NCBI GenBank assembly: GCA_044070495.1
Contig: JBIPSI010000027.1
Coordinates: forward strand, 12,127-76,126
From: Spirulina sp.
GTDB taxonomy: Bacteria; Cyanobacteriota; Cyanobacteriia; Phormidesmidales; Phormidesmidaceae
DNA: 64,000 bases
Reading direction: 5' to 3'
Shown here: piece after piece, positions 1 to 10,318 of the stretch
Layout: each line of letters begins with the position of its first letter
Numbering within the stretch: the stretch's first letter is position 1
Made by a program: the position numbers and the translations under genes
Notes under the pieces: model-generated
Seen by the model: the letters and a program-made list of their open reading frames with translations, nothing else
Databases searched by the model: none
Told to the model about the DNA's origin: nothing

Positions 1-136
1 GCTTGGGGCAGGGTGCGATCCGCCACCGTCACCTGGGTTAGGGATGTCCCCAACTCAGCGGCGATTTGGTCTTGAGGGACAACGGATTCCGCCCCAAGCA
101 GGGCGGTGAGGGTGCTAACGAGGTCGGCCATGGGCG

Positions 137-940
137 CTAGTCGATGCTGATGGGGGTGGGGCCGCTGGCGCTGGAGGCCGAGGGGGGCGGTACGTCGGTG
201 CGGGGGGTGCGGAACTCGCTGTAGAGCCGATCTCGCCAGTCGAAGAAGGCTTGGTATTCCGGCACATCGGCCAAACCGGGTACGCCCTTGCCGCAAATGC
301 CCTCCGGCAGATCGACGTACTGACGGTCGGGGAATTTGAGGTACATGGTAGCGGAGGCCACGGCGAAATCCGCCAGGGTGGGCTGGTTGCCCAGTAGGTA
401 GGGGCTGTTTTCCAGCATCAGACACAGCGCCTCTAGGTCGTGCTTGAGGGCGGTGGCGGCAACCTTAATATCATCTGGCCCAAAGCCAACCCCGGTGCCG
501 ACGAGGTTCAGAATGTCCCCCGGTAGGGCACCCACCAGGTTCCGCAGCAGGTCAGGGGTGGCGGTGGGTAATAATGCGGTGCGGAAGTTGGGGTGCTGCT
601 TAAAGGCTCCGATCATCACCTTGCGGGCGTTGGGCACAATCGCCTCGTCGGCCCAGCTTTCCATGGCGAGGCACAGCCCCCGCTGCTTCGGATCGGTGGG
701 CAGAATGGGGCGGTCGGGGTAGGTGCGCTCTAGGTGCAGGGCAATGGCGGTGGAATCGGGAATGATCTGGTCGCCATCCTTGAGTACGGGCACCTGGCGC
801 TGGCCCGACATTTGGAAAATTTCAACCTGGCCCACGCCGGGGGTGACTTCTACCTTTTGGTAGGGCAGTTGCTTGTAATCGAGGATGAGACGAACTTTCT
901 CCGCGTAGGTGGAGGCTTCAAACTGGTACAGCGCTAGCAT
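137..940 (-). CDS. glutathione S-transferase family protein
   Basis: GST N-terminal motifs (YAEKVRLIL, QVPVL, DSTAI) and C-terminal PTLADFAV. Confidence 0.9.
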   Translation of the reverse strand: MLALYQFEASTYAEKVRLILDYKQLPYQKVEVTPGVGQVEIFQMSGQRQVPVLKDGDQIIPDSTAIALHLERTYPDRPILPTDPKQRGLCLAMESWADEAIVPNARKVMIGAFKQHPNFRTALLPTATPDLLRNLVGALPGDILNLVGTGVGFGPDDIKVAATALKHDLEALCLMLENSPYLLGNQPTLADFAVASATMYLKFPDRQYVDLPEGICGKGVPGLADVPEYQAFFDWRDRLYSEFRTPRTDVPPPSASSASGPTPISID

Positions 941-973
941 GGTTGTCCTCTTAGCAGCCTTGGATATCGGGGA

Positions 974-1966
974 TCAGTTCTGACCCGGTATCACTGTATC
1001 GCTATTTGCGGGGTCTGCACAGGCAGAGGTGGCTGGCGGTTGGGTGACCACGGTGACCGACCCAAACCCAGCGGTGGATAACAGTTGGCCCACGGTGATC
1101 TCGGCGCGGCGGTTGGCTTCATCTAGCAAGCCCGTGGTACAGGCGGCGGCTTCGATTTTCTGTAGCGCTTCCTGCTGGGCCAGGGTTTGCAGTTGGGGGG
1201 CATTATCTGGCCCTAGGCCCAGCCAGCCCCGGTCATAGTCGTAGACGGTGGATTTGCTCACATCCAGCTTGCTGTCTAACACCTGCGGCGGCGGCAGGGT
1301 CACGCGAATGGCGGATTCGCCCTCAATCTGCACGTTATCCACGGTAATTTGCGACAGATCCACCCCAGCCCGCACCTCCCCATAGGCCAGGTAGAGCAGG
1401 TTGGTAGAGCCGATCACATAGCCCGCCAGGGTTCGATCACTCTGGGCCGGGACGACCGCCTCCATGGCAAAAATCGCCGTGGTCAGTTCGCTGGCCCCTC
1501 GAAGTTGCTGCACCACCACGGTACGCACATCCACCTCCGGCTCCGTCACCGCCGGAATAAACAGCGTGGGAACGGCCTGCAAAAACTGTTGCCCCGTCCG
1601 CAAAACCCCAATTCCCAGCACCAGACCCACCGCTACGGTGCCGCCGATCACCATTTGCCCCAGGGGCCACAGCCAACGCCAGGGTTTCATTTTCGGCCTC
1701 GGTTGATGCGGGGACTCAAGGTTGTAGGCGGGAACAGCGTCAGGGGAATCCAGCCCAACCCCAGAATTGACATCAAAAGATCCATGCCCTGACCAATCGG
1801 ATTCACTCGTCCAACCGGAGCCATAGATGCTTCCTCCTGCCCCGTCGCCTGGTTCATGATTAGAAGATCCTTGAAGTCTGGACGGTTCCCTCTCCGCTGA
1901 TGGCAGGATGGCCATGGCTGACAAACGGCGATCTACGGCATCGGAATCGGCAGGAACATGGCCCAT
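974..1966 (-). CDS. DUF4230-like membrane-anchored protein
   Basis: one TM helix followed by GEVRAGVDLS and LPPPQV motifs; start uncertain. Confidence 0.75.
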   Translation of the reverse strand: MGHVPADSDAVDRRLSAMAILPSAEREPSRLQGSSNHEPGDGAGGSIYGSGWTSESDWSGHGSFDVNSGVGLDSPDAVPAYNLESPHQPRPKMKPWRWLWPLGQMVIGGTVAVGLVLGIGVLRTGQQFLQAVPTLFIPAVTEPEVDVRTVVVQQLRGASELTTAIFAMEAVVPAQSDRTLAGYVIGSTNLLYLAYGEVRAGVDLSQITVDNVQIEGESAIRVTLPPPQVLDSKLDVSKSTVYDYDRGWLGLGPDNAPQLQTLAQQEALQKIEAAACTTGLLDEANRRAEITVGQLLSTAGFGSVTVVTQPPATSACADPANSDTVIPGQN

Positions 1967-2425
1967 AGCTAACCTCAAGGGGCGAACGTGAATGGTAAAC
2001 GTGACGATACGAGGCTAGCAAATTCCCCTCCTCGTCGGGGGAAGGGCTGTGCAACTTTGATTGGGCAACTTTAGATACCAAGGTCATCGCAGCCATACGC
2101 TAGGCGACCGGGGAAATCCTGGGTATAAGTTCCACGATCATGAATATGACTCCGTCAGAAATAGAGAAACAGGTCGGAACAGAGGGAGGTGGAATGGATT
2201 ACGGTCAGGAGATCTCGTCGTCAGGATCCTAGGTCAATATCCTAGGTCAAGCGTCCCAATGCCCCTAGGGGCAACCCAACATCAGGCTAGATCAAAGTTT
2301 GTGAAACAGAGATCAAATTGTAAGCTAGACTACTGAACTGTCCTAGAGGCTTTCTTAACCTAAGGAGCCGATCACCTGCCTGGGGATCGGGGAAAATGAC
2401 ATAAAACCCTACATAAATACCGCAG

Positions 2426-2575
2426 TTTTCCACAGGCACATCTTTTGTTAAGATGATTTAACTTTTTCTGGAAGCCCTTCTGTTCAGCAGGTTACGAGGG
2501 GCTAAGGATCCTAGATACCCATATTCCACACACTTATCCACAGCTTTGCCCAGGGCTGTGGATAACTTGTCCTCA
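2426..2575. promoter_or_regulatory. DnaA-box cluster (candidate oriC or DnaA-binding locus)
   Basis: TTTTCCACA 2426-2434, TATTCCACA 2522-2530, TTATCCACA 2534-2542, TGTGGATAA 2557-2565, degenerate TTGTCCTCA 2567-2575; AT-rich stretch 2441-2470. Confidence 0.6.
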
Positions 2576-2680
2576 GGAATGAATTTGTGCCAAGGAAGTT
2601 AACGAAAGGCTAAGTTTGGCCTCTTCCGATAGGCCGCCTATTCTTTATAGAAGTCCGTTTTAAGGAGATTGCGTTGCCCT

Positions 2681-3460
2681 ATGGCTGTATCCATGCGTCA
2701 AAAAACCGTCCTCATCACCGGAGCCAGTAGCGGCATTGGGGCCGCCTGTGCGCGGTTGTTGGCTAAGGATGGGGCACGGCTGATCTTAGCGGCTCGTCGT
2801 ACCGAAAAAATTCAGACCCTCGCCTCAGAATTGCAGGCCCAGTACGGCATCGAAGTATGGCCCCTGCCCCTGGATGTGTGTGATGCCCAGGCGGTGCAGG
2901 CGGCGATTGACGGCCTACCGACGGAATGGCAGGCCATTGATGTGCTAATCAATAATGCGGGCCTGAGTCGAGGGATGGATAAACAGTACGAAGCCCCCCT
3001 GCAAGACTGGGAGGAAATGATCGACACCAACGTCAAAGGCTTGCTTTATATGAGCCGCGCCGTGGTGCCGGGGATGGTGGCACGGGGCCAGGGCCATGTG
3101 GTGAATGTGGGATCTATTGCTGGACGACAGACCTATCCGGGCGGTAGCGTGTATTGTGCCACCAAGGCGGCGGTGAAGGCGCTTTCGGAAGGGCTAAAAC
3201 TCGACCTGCTGGGTACCGCCGTCCGGGTCACCAACATTGAACCGGGGTTTGTGGAAACGGAATTTAGCGATGTGCGCTTCCATGGCGACACCGAACGGGC
3301 CAAGCAGGTCTACAAGGGCATGGTTCCCCTCACCGGAGAGGACATTGCCGACAGCATCGTCTTTGCCATCACCCGCCCGCCCCACATCAACATCAGCGAA
3401 ATTTTTCTCATGCCCACCGACCAATCCTCGGTGTTCCACGTTCACCGCCGCCTAGAATAG
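2681..3460 (+). CDS. SDR family NAD(P)-dependent oxidoreductase (YdfG-like)
   Basis: [12 protein letters not shown] and YCATK motifs. Confidence 0.92.
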   Translation: MAVSMRQKTVLITGASSGIGAACARLLAKDGARLILAARRTEKIQTLASELQAQYGIEVWPLPLDVCDAQAVQAAIDGLPTEWQAIDVLINNAGLSRGMDKQYEAPLQDWEEMIDTNVKGLLYMSRAVVPGMVARGQGHVVNVGSIAGRQTYPGGSVYCATKAAVKALSEGLKLDLLGTAVRVTNIEPGFVETEFSDVRFHGDTERAKQVYKGMVPLTGEDIADSIVFAITRPPHINISEIFLMPTDQSSVFHVHRRLE

Positions 3461-3486
3461 CCCTGAATCCCTCAACCTATCGACCC

Positions 3487-4143
3487 ATGGCTAAGGCTCA
3501 ACCCTCTACCCATCCTCCCCGCATTCTGTTTCTGTATGGATCCCTGCGAGAGCGATCCTACAGCCGTCTGCTGGCTGAAGAAGCGGCCCGGATTATCGAA
3601 GACTTTGGGGCCGAGGTGAAATTCTTTGATCCCCGTGGCTTACCCCTCTACGGTGCCGAGCCCGACACTCACCCCAAGGTGCAGGAACTGCGGGAACTCT
3701 CCCAATGGTCGGAGGGGCAGGTGTGGTCTAGCCCAGAACTACACGGCAACATCTCTGGGCTAATGAAAACCCAAATCGACTGGATTCCCCTCTCCATCGG
3801 AGCCGTTCGCCCCACCCAGGGCCGCACCCTGGCGGTGATGCAGGTATCGGGCGGTTCCCAGTCCTTTAATGCGGTCAACACGATGCGAATCCTGGGCCGC
3901 TGGATGCGGATGTTCACCATTCCTAACCAGTCCTCGGTGCCCAAGGCCTATCAGGAATTCCACGAAGACGGCACCATGAAGGACTCCGCCTACCGCGACC
4001 GGGTGGTGGATGTGATGGAAGAACTCTACCGCTTTACCCTACTGCTGCGGGACCAGGTGGACGAACTCACCGACCGCTACAGCGAGCGCAAGGCCGCCGC
4101 TGCCAAGGAAGTCGAACAAACGGCTCAAAAAGCCATTCAGTAA
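3487..4143 (+). CDS. arsH: arsenical resistance protein ArsH (flavoprotein)
   Basis: [36 protein letters not shown] signature. Confidence 0.95.
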   Translation: MAKAQPSTHPPRILFLYGSLRERSYSRLLAEEAARIIEDFGAEVKFFDPRGLPLYGAEPDTHPKVQELRELSQWSEGQVWSSPELHGNISGLMKTQIDWIPLSIGAVRPTQGRTLAVMQVSGGSQSFNAVNTMRILGRWMRMFTIPNQSSVPKAYQEFHEDGTMKDSAYRDRVVDVMEELYRFTLLLRDQVDELTDRYSERKAAAAKEVEQTAQKAIQ

Positions 4144-4150
4144 CTTCTGT

Positions 4151-4203
4151 TCGGGATCAGAAAAGTTTCTGTCAAAGCAGGTTTGCTTTCCCCGCCTGGG
4201 AGG
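4151..4203 (+). repeat. imperfect ~52-bp direct repeat, left copy
   Basis: TCGGGATCAGAAAAGTTTCTGTCAAAGCAGGTTTGCTT... matches 5283-5334. Confidence 0.75.
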
Positions 4204-4231
4204 GGTACTGGAGACACGGCTATTTCCTTCT

Positions 4232-4621
4232 TTAGCAAATGGTTGACAACCATTCGGCTGCTGTCAGGTGGGTATCGACAGTCGCCAGTTGGAAGCCATA
4301 ACGCAGAGCTGTTGCTGCAATAAAACGATCGGCTGGATCTTGATGGGGCAAGTCGATTTGGCGGCTTAAGATAGCGATTTCGCCGGTTAACGGAGCTTCA
4401 AGAATTTGCAATGCATCCAGAGACTTCTCGATCCACGCGGCAGGGTCATCTGACAGTGCAATTTTTCCCTTTTCATCCAGAAGCATGACCTCCCACAGGC
4501 TGATGGGACTAACCCACAATTCTGTATCCGTTTGAGGAATGAGAGATCTGAGAGTATCCGAAAGCTGGTCATCGCCCAGTGTGTACCAGAGCCAGATATG
4601 GGTATCGAGCAGGAGTTTCAC
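4232..4621 (-). CDS. vapC: PIN-domain (VapC-type) toxin
   Basis: LLLDTHIWLW, SPISLWE, HQDPADRFIAATA; GTG start overlaps the upstream stop. Confidence 0.9.
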   Translation of the reverse strand: MKLLLDTHIWLWYTLGDDQLSDTLRSLIPQTDTELWVSPISLWEVMLLDEKGKIALSDDPAAWIEKSLDALQILEAPLTGEIAILSRQIDLPHQDPADRFIAATALRYGFQLATVDTHLTAAEWLSTIC

Positions 4622-4974
4622 TGAAAGGCTTCCCAATCACTTTCAGGTATGACTGGGGACACAACATCACCAAGAATGGTGCCGGTGTCTTTCATAAAAC
4701 CAAAGGCTGGACGTTGGGGCTGCTCTACTGAGGTGTAGGGGCCTGAATAATGGCGCACTGTGCCACGAGAAAGATGTTCATCGGCACTATTGGATGCGTC
4801 TGTTAACGGTTGGGCGGGCATTGGATAGATTGAATAGCGCTGGCCTGCCGGGGTCTGGGCTGCCGTGCTGGTGCTAAGTTCAACTTTTAAGGATTGTAGG
4901 ATCACCTCAATCATGGCAATGCGATCTTCAAGAGAGGCGGCTTGCATTTTTTGAAGAATTTCAGCGTCGATCAT
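4618..4974 (-). CDS. putative antitoxin
   Basis: directly upstream of vapC with 4-bp overlap; C-terminal FGFMKDTGTILGDVVSP..W typical of VapB-like tails. Confidence 0.65.
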   Translation of the reverse strand: MIDAEILQKMQAASLEDRIAMIEVILQSLKVELSTSTAAQTPAGQRYSIYPMPAQPLTDASNSADEHLSRGTVRHYSGPYTSVEQPQRPAFGFMKDTGTILGDVVSPVIPESDWEAFQ

Positions 4975-5040
4975 GACGTTATTTCGAGGGATGAACGACC
5001 TTAACTCAGGCGGTGGCACAGGCTCAATACAAGACCCACT

Positions 5041-5117
5041 GTAGGATGAGTTCGCCAAGCGTCATCCATTCGGGGAAGCCTTTTCATGGGTTACGGCGGA
5101 GCCTAACCACATCCTAC
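5041..5117. repeat. GTAG-type REP-like inverted doublet
   Basis: GTAGGATG...CATCCTAC inverted ends. Confidence 0.55.
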
Positions 5118-5146
5118 ACAAGGTTCCACCGACCGACTTAACCTCA

Positions 5147-5277
5147 GAGGGCGTTTGAAAAGGGTTGCCTCAGGTGCGATTGGTCGCTAGATCGGTGCAA
5201 ATTTACGGGATTTTTGACGCCTGAGGCTGACCTCATCGGTATAACTTGGGACAAGCTTCGGCTTTTCAAATGTCCTC
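5147..5277. mobile_element. 131-bp MITE, copy 1
   Basis: TIRs GAGGGCGTTTGAAAAG / CTTTTCAAATGTCCTC, 3-bp TSD TCA; second copy at 55987-56117. Confidence 0.88.
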
Positions 5278-5282
5278 TCAGG

Positions 5283-5334
5283 TCGAGATCAGAAACGTCT
5301 CTGTCAAATCAGGTTTGCTTGCCCTCCTGGGAGG
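5283..5334 (+). repeat. imperfect ~52-bp direct repeat, right copy
   Basis: TCGAGATCAGAAACGTCTCTGTCAAATCAGGTTTGCTT... matches 4151-4203. Confidence 0.75.
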
Positions 5335-5456
5335 ACGCTATCCCAAACTCAGGTTCCAAGAGGCAGGCATCCTCTCGAATCCGCCTTCTATCCCCCGCGT
5401 CTTAACCCACCAAAACCTAGAGGTGGGCTTGGCCTTGGGATGGGTTTTGTTGAGGC

Positions 5457-6773
5457 TTACCCCCCCACCGCGCCGTAGACAATCCCCGACAGCGTGGCCA
5501 TCACCACCACCAGGGCCACGAAGACCACGGTTTTCTTCGTGCCCATAATGCTGCGGATCACCAGCATGTTTGGCAACGATAGGGCGGGGCCAGCTAACAA
5601 CAGCGCCAGGGCGGGGCCTTGGCCCATACCGTTGCCAATCAACCCTTGCAGAATTGGCACTTCGGTGAGGGTGGCGAAGTACATGAAGGCCCCGGCGAGG
5701 GCGGCGAAGAAGTTGGAAAACAGAGAATTGCCCCCCACCGCCCAGGTAATCCACTGGGAGGGGATCAGCGCCTCTTGGCCGGGGCGACCGAGCAATGCCC
5801 CCGCCACCAGCACGCCAAAGAACAGCAGCGGCAGAATTTGCTTGGCGTAGTCCCAGGAGGACTGGAACCACTCGCCTGCTTCGTCCTTATCCGTACTGGT
5901 GAGCCAGGAGAGGCCGATCACCGCTGCCCCAAAGGCCACCATGGGCTGGGCCACAAACTGGAAGGCCAGCACCGTGGTCACCCCCGCCACCAGGGCTACT
6001 TTGCCGGGGTTCAGGTTCAGCCAGCGAATTAGCATCACCGCCAAGGCTACCCCCAAGGCTCCGGTGATCCACCACTTGGCAGCGTAGATCGCCGCCCAGG
6101 GGCCAACGGTTGACGCTGGGGCCGCCCAGTTGGCAAACACTAGAATGCCCACCATCACCCCAAAGAACAGGGCATTTTGCCACAGGGGGCGAGCGACTTC
6201 CGGCTCCGACAACCCGGCCTGGGCTTCGATTTTTTCCAGTTCTTCCTGCCGGAAAATGAAGGCCATCAGCAGGCCAATCACCACGCTAAAAACAATTGCC
6301 CCCACCGCCCGCGCAAGGCCCAGCTTTAGCCCCAGCACCCGCGCCGTCAGGATAATCGCCAGCACGTTGATGGCGGGGCCAGAGTAGAGAAACGCCGTGG
6401 CAGGGCCGAGGCCAGCCCCCATGCGGTAAATGCCCGCAAACAGGGGCAGCACCGTGCAGGAACACACCGCCAAAATCGTGCCCGACACCGAGGCCACACT
6501 GTAGGCCAAAACCTTGTTGGCGTGGGCCCCCAGGTATTTCATCACCGCATCCTGGGAGATGAACACCGCAATGGCCCCGGCAATGAAGAAGGCCGGAATC
6601 AAACACAGCAGCACATGCTCCTGGGCATACCAGCGCACCAAGTGAAGCGACTCAAACACCGCATTACGCAAGCGTTCTGAGTTCTGAATCGCCTCCACGG
6701 GCAGGTAAAAACAGGCCAGGAACCCCGCCAAAATCCACAGCAGCGGCTTCCATTCCGATTTCCAAAAATGCAT
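5457..6773 (-). CDS. DUF318/ArsP-like permease
   Basis: multi-TM protein with AVCSCTVLP, FLYSGPAIN, MYFATLTEVP, AGPALSLP motifs. Confidence 0.85.
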   Translation of the reverse strand: MHFWKSEWKPLLWILAGFLACFYLPVEAIQNSERLRNAVFESLHLVRWYAQEHVLLCLIPAFFIAGAIAVFISQDAVMKYLGAHANKVLAYSVASVSGTILAVCSCTVLPLFAGIYRMGAGLGPATAFLYSGPAINVLAIILTARVLGLKLGLARAVGAIVFSVVIGLLMAFIFRQEELEKIEAQAGLSEPEVARPLWQNALFFGVMVGILVFANWAAPASTVGPWAAIYAAKWWITGALGVALAVMLIRWLNLNPGKVALVAGVTTVLAFQFVAQPMVAFGAAVIGLSWLTSTDKDEAGEWFQSSWDYAKQILPLLFFGVLVAGALLGRPGQEALIPSQWITWAVGGNSLFSNFFAALAGAFMYFATLTEVPILQGLIGNGMGQGPALALLLAGPALSLPNMLVIRSIMGTKKTVVFVALVVVMATLSGIVYGAVGG

Positions 6774-6837
6774 AGACAACCTTCCTCCCCAAGCTGGCTG
6801 GGGATCCTGTGGTGTAAACAATGGGTGAGTCAGGAAA

Positions 6838-6900
6838 GATCCCAGGGTTCTGTCTGGGGCTGTATTAGCTATCGCTGGTTAGATCAAGAACCCTGGGATC
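6838..6900. repeat. 63-bp hairpin element
   Basis: 14-bp perfect inverted ends GATCCCAGGGTTCT / AGAACCCTGGGATC; relative at 10797-10935. Confidence 0.75.
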
Positions 6901-6908
6901 TGATTGCC

Positions 6909-7163
6909 CTATCTGGGCAGTAGGGCGGCGATGGCGGCGGGTTCTAGGAGTTTGCCCTGGCTGAGGACTTGGCCGTTCACCACTAGGGCCGGGGTTTTCA
7001 TCACGCCGCGCTTGACGATTTCCATGGTGTCGGTAATGTGGGACACCTCGGCCTCTAGCTGCCGATTGTCAATGGCCATCTTGGCGTTGGCCTCTAGTTG
7101 GTGGCACTTCTTGCAGCCTGTGCCTAGAATTTCAACCTTTAGGGTAGTCATGGCCGTTACCAT
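6909..7163 (-). CDS. small thioredoxin-like redox-active disulfide protein (MTH895-like)
   Basis: ILGTGCKKC CxxC motif, GVMKTPALVVNG. Confidence 0.9.
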   Translation of the reverse strand: MVTAMTTLKVEILGTGCKKCHQLEANAKMAIDNRQLEAEVSHITDTMEIVKRGVMKTPALVVNGQVLSQGKLLEPAAIAALLPR

Positions 7164-7233
7164 TCCTTCAATGGAGTGAAATAGAAATAAATGGGGTGAA
7201 ATCTGGGTTCAGTGGAAAAGGATCCGTGGGCAA

Positions 7234-7668
7234 TCAGTCCCTGGACTCTAGGGATGCCGCCGCCGTCAGCGAATGGGCTTGAAACACCACACACTGCTTC
7301 CCCTCGTCAGGTTGGGCCGCGCCTCGCTGACACTGTTCCAACAGGGGACGGAGTTGGGCCTTCAGGGCTTGCAGGTTGCGGATGGTTTCGTCGATCTGCG
7401 CCATTTTCCTCAGCAGCCGATCCTGCACCTCCCGGCAAGACAGGCGTTGGCCATCCTGGAGGGCCAGCAGTTCCTTAATGTCATCCAGGCTTAGCCCTAG
7501 GGTTTTGGCCTGGGTGATGAAGGTGAGCCGATCCAGATCCGTCTGGTCGTAGAGCCGATAGCCTGCCGCCGTGCGCTGGGGGCTGGGCATGAGACCAATG
7601 CGCTCATAGAAATAGAGGGTCTGGGGGTTCAGCCCTAGGCGACGGGAGACTTCACCAACCTGAAACAT
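7234..7668 (-). CDS. MerR-family heavy-metal-responsive regulator
   Basis: MerR HTH (TLYFYERIGL, GYRLY, LGLSLDDIKELL) and three Cys in the metal-binding region. Confidence 0.9.
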   Translation of the reverse strand: MFQVGEVSRRLGLNPQTLYFYERIGLMPSPQRTAAGYRLYDQTDLDRLTFITQAKTLGLSLDDIKELLALQDGQRLSCREVQDRLLRKMAQIDETIRNLQALKAQLRPLLEQCQRGAAQPDEGKQCVVFQAHSLTAAASLESRD

Positions 7669-7710
7669 GGAGCGACCTCGCAGTGGCCTGACACGGGATT
7701 CCACCCCCAA

Positions 7711-7742
7711 AGCCTACCCCTTATACCCACGTATAAGGTCAA
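7711..7742 (-). promoter_or_regulatory. MerR-type promoter/operator
   Basis: minus strand TTGACC - 20 bp - TAGGCT with dyad CCTTATAC-N4-GTATAAGG (7719-7738). Confidence 0.8.
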
Positions 7743-8012
7743 GGGTTTAGGGTAAATATTGCAGAATCCGCCCCATCGTTTGCCCCAGTTCCGCAGGTTA
7801 CGTTAAATTAAGTAAAGATTTCGTCTCATACTTTTTACTTTAGACGGTAGTTTGGCAACTTCCTTGGCAACGATTCCTTGCTTCCCAGGCATGATGGACA
7901 TATCTGTTAACCCCGCGAATCGGGAACTTGGAGCCGGGGCTTGGTAGCTGCCTAACGCTGCTTTAGTCAACGCCGATAAATCTGTGCAAGTCGTGAATAG
8001 AGGCCATTGGTT

Positions 8013-9899
8013 ATGAAATTTTCTTGGCGAGTTGTCCTACTCTGGACCCTGCCGCTTTTGGTTGTAGGGTTCTTTCTGTGGCAAGGGGCCTTTGCTGGCG
8101 CTCCTGCCGATATGGGTCGCAACGCGGCCAGCACCCGCATGACCTATGGCCGCTTTCTAGACTATCTGGATGCTGGACGGGTGACAGCGGTGGATCTCTA
8201 CGACGGGGGCCGCACCGCTATTATCGAAGCGGTGGATCCTGAGCTAGACAATCGCCTACAGCGCTGGCGGGTGGATCTCCCCGGCAACTCCCCTGAATTG
8301 GTCAGTCGTCTGCGGGAGTCCAACATCAGCCTAGATTCCCACCCCCCCCGCAACGATGGGGCGTTGGTGGGTGCCCTGGGCAATCTGCTATTCCCCCTGC
8401 TATTGATTGGTGGATTGTTCTTTTTGTTCCGTCGCTCCGGTGGTGGTGCGGGTGGCCCTGGCCAAGCCATGAGCTTTGGTAAGTCTAAGGCCCGCTTCAT
8501 GATGGAAGCCAAGACCGGGGTGATGTTCGATGACGTGGCCGGGATTGACGAAGCCAAGGAAGAATTGCAAGAAGTCGTCACCTTCCTGAAAAAGCCTGAG
8601 CGCTTCACCGCCATCGGTGCCCGCATTCCCAAGGGCGTGCTGCTGGTTGGCCCTCCCGGAACCGGAAAAACCCTGCTGGCTAAGGCTATCGCTGGGGAAG
8701 CTGGGGTGCCCTTCTTCTCCATCTCCGGTTCTGAGTTTGTGGAAATGTTCGTCGGGGTAGGGGCCTCCCGCGTCCGCGACCTGTTCAAAAAAGCTAAGGA
8801 CAACGCCCCCTGCATCATCTTTATTGATGAAATTGATGCCGTGGGTCGTCAGCGGGGCGCAGGCATCGGCGGCGGCAACGACGAGCGGGAACAAACCCTC
8901 AACCAATTGCTGACCGAAATGGACGGCTTTGAGGGCAACACTGGGATTATTATTATCGCCGCCACCAACCGCGTCGATGTGCTAGATTCCGCCCTGCTGC
9001 GTCCCGGTCGCTTCGACCGTCAGGTGATGGTGGATCCCCCGGATATCAAAGGTCGGGTGGAAATTCTGGAAGTCCACGCCCGCAACAAAAAGCTGGCCGA
9101 GGAAATCTCCCTGGAGGCCATCGCCCGCCGCACCCCTGGCTTTACTGGGGCCGATCTGGCGAACCTGCTCAACGAAGCCGCCATCCTCACCGCCCGCCGC
9201 CGCAAAGAAGCCATGACCATGGCCGAGGTGGATGACGCCGTAGACCGGGTGATTGCCGGAATGGAAGGCACCCCCCTGGTAGATAGCAAGAGCAAGCGCC
9301 TGATTGCTTATCACGAAGTGGGCCATGCCATCGTGGGTACGCTGGTCAAAGATCACGACCCCGTGCAGAAAGTCACCCTAATTCCTCGCGGACAGGCCCA
9401 GGGTCTCACCTGGTTTACCCCCAGCGAAGATCAAATGCTGATCTCCCGCGCCCAAATCCTGGCCCGCATCACCGGAGCCTTGGGGGGGCGTGCCGCTGAG
9501 GATGTGATTTTTGGCGATGCCGAAGTGACCACCGGAGCCGGAAACGACCTCCAGCAGGTGTCTAACATGGCCCGTCAGATGGTCACCCGCTTCGGGATGT
9601 CCGACCTGGGGCCGCTGTCCTTGGAAAGCTCCCAGGGCGAAGTGTTCCTCGGTCGTGATTGGCTTTCCCGCTCGGAATACTCCGAGGAAGTGTCCTCCCG
9701 CATTGACGCCCAGGTGCGTGTCATCGTAGACCAGTGCTATGAAGACGCCAAACGCATCATGCGCGACAACCGAGCGCTGATCGACCGCCTAGTGGATCTG
9801 CTGGTGGAACGGGAAACCATCGATGGCGACGAATTCCGCCAAATCGTCTCGGAATACACCGTCGTTCCTGACAAGCAGCAGTTTGTGCCCCAACTGTAG
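8013..9899 (+). CDS. ftsH2: ATP-dependent zinc metalloprotease FtsH2
   Basis: MKFSWR start, MTYGRFL, Walker [14 protein letters not shown] zinc motif. Confidence 0.95.
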   Translation: MKFSWRVVLLWTLPLLVVGFFLWQGAFAGAPADMGRNAASTRMTYGRFLDYLDAGRVTAVDLYDGGRTAIIEAVDPELDNRLQRWRVDLPGNSPELVSRLRESNISLDSHPPRNDGALVGALGNLLFPLLLIGGLFFLFRRSGGGAGGPGQAMSFGKSKARFMMEAKTGVMFDDVAGIDEAKEELQEVVTFLKKPERFTAIGARIPKGVLLVGPPGTGKTLLAKAIAGEAGVPFFSISGSEFVEMFVGVGASRVRDLFKKAKDNAPCIIFIDEIDAVGRQRGAGIGGGNDEREQTLNQLLTEMDGFEGNTGIIIIAATNRVDVLDSALLRPGRFDRQVMVDPPDIKGRVEILEVHARNKKLAEEISLEAIARRTPGFTGADLANLLNEAAILTARRRKEAMTMAEVDDAVDRVIAGMEGTPLVDSKSKRLIAYHEVGHAIVGTLVKDHDPVQKVTLIPRGQAQGLTWFTPSEDQMLISRAQILARITGALGGRAAEDVIFGDAEVTTGAGNDLQQVSNMARQMVTRFGMSDLGPLSLESSQGEVFLGRDWLSRSEYSEEVSSRIDAQVRVIVDQCYEDAKRIMRDNRALIDRLVDLLVERETIDGDEFRQIVSEYTVVPDKQQFVPQL

Positions 9900-9950
9900 G
9901 GTATCTAGGCTGACTCGGTAAGGCATACCCAGTAAGGCCGATTAATCACT

Positions 9951-9983
9951 AGAAAGGCTCGTCTACCCAGGCGGGCCTTTTCT
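9951..9983 (+). terminator. rho-independent terminator after ftsH2
   Basis: AGAAAGGCTCGTCT-ACCC-AGGCGGGCCTTTTCT hairpin. Confidence 0.7.
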
Positions 9984-10057
9984 ATGAAGGCTTTTTAGCA
10001 TTGTGTCAGGCAGATAGCCTTCAGCCTCTTATCGGAAAGGATGGTTATGGGCCATCG

Positions 10058-10084
10058 GTAGGAGCGAGGAGTTCTCGTCCCTAC
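10058..10084. repeat. GTAG-type REP-like palindrome
   Basis: GTAGGAGCGAGGAGTTCTCGTCCCTAC; related to 48472, 54377, 63457. Confidence 0.6.
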
Positions 10085-10318
10085 CGACGGCTGTACGGGT
10101 TAGGAATCGTGTGTATGAAGTTCAGAATTGCCTCAAAGAGCGACTTCCATTGCAGTTCATGGGATCACGATGTGGTGGGCCGCAGCATCTCTAACAAGCC
10201 TTCATATATAAAGAAATGTTAACAGCCACTTAAGCTTTCCTATACTTTTGTTGCGCCACGTTGAGAAATCCCCGGCACCTAGACCAAGCTAAGGATAGTT
10301 ATTTTCCCTGAGAAAGCC

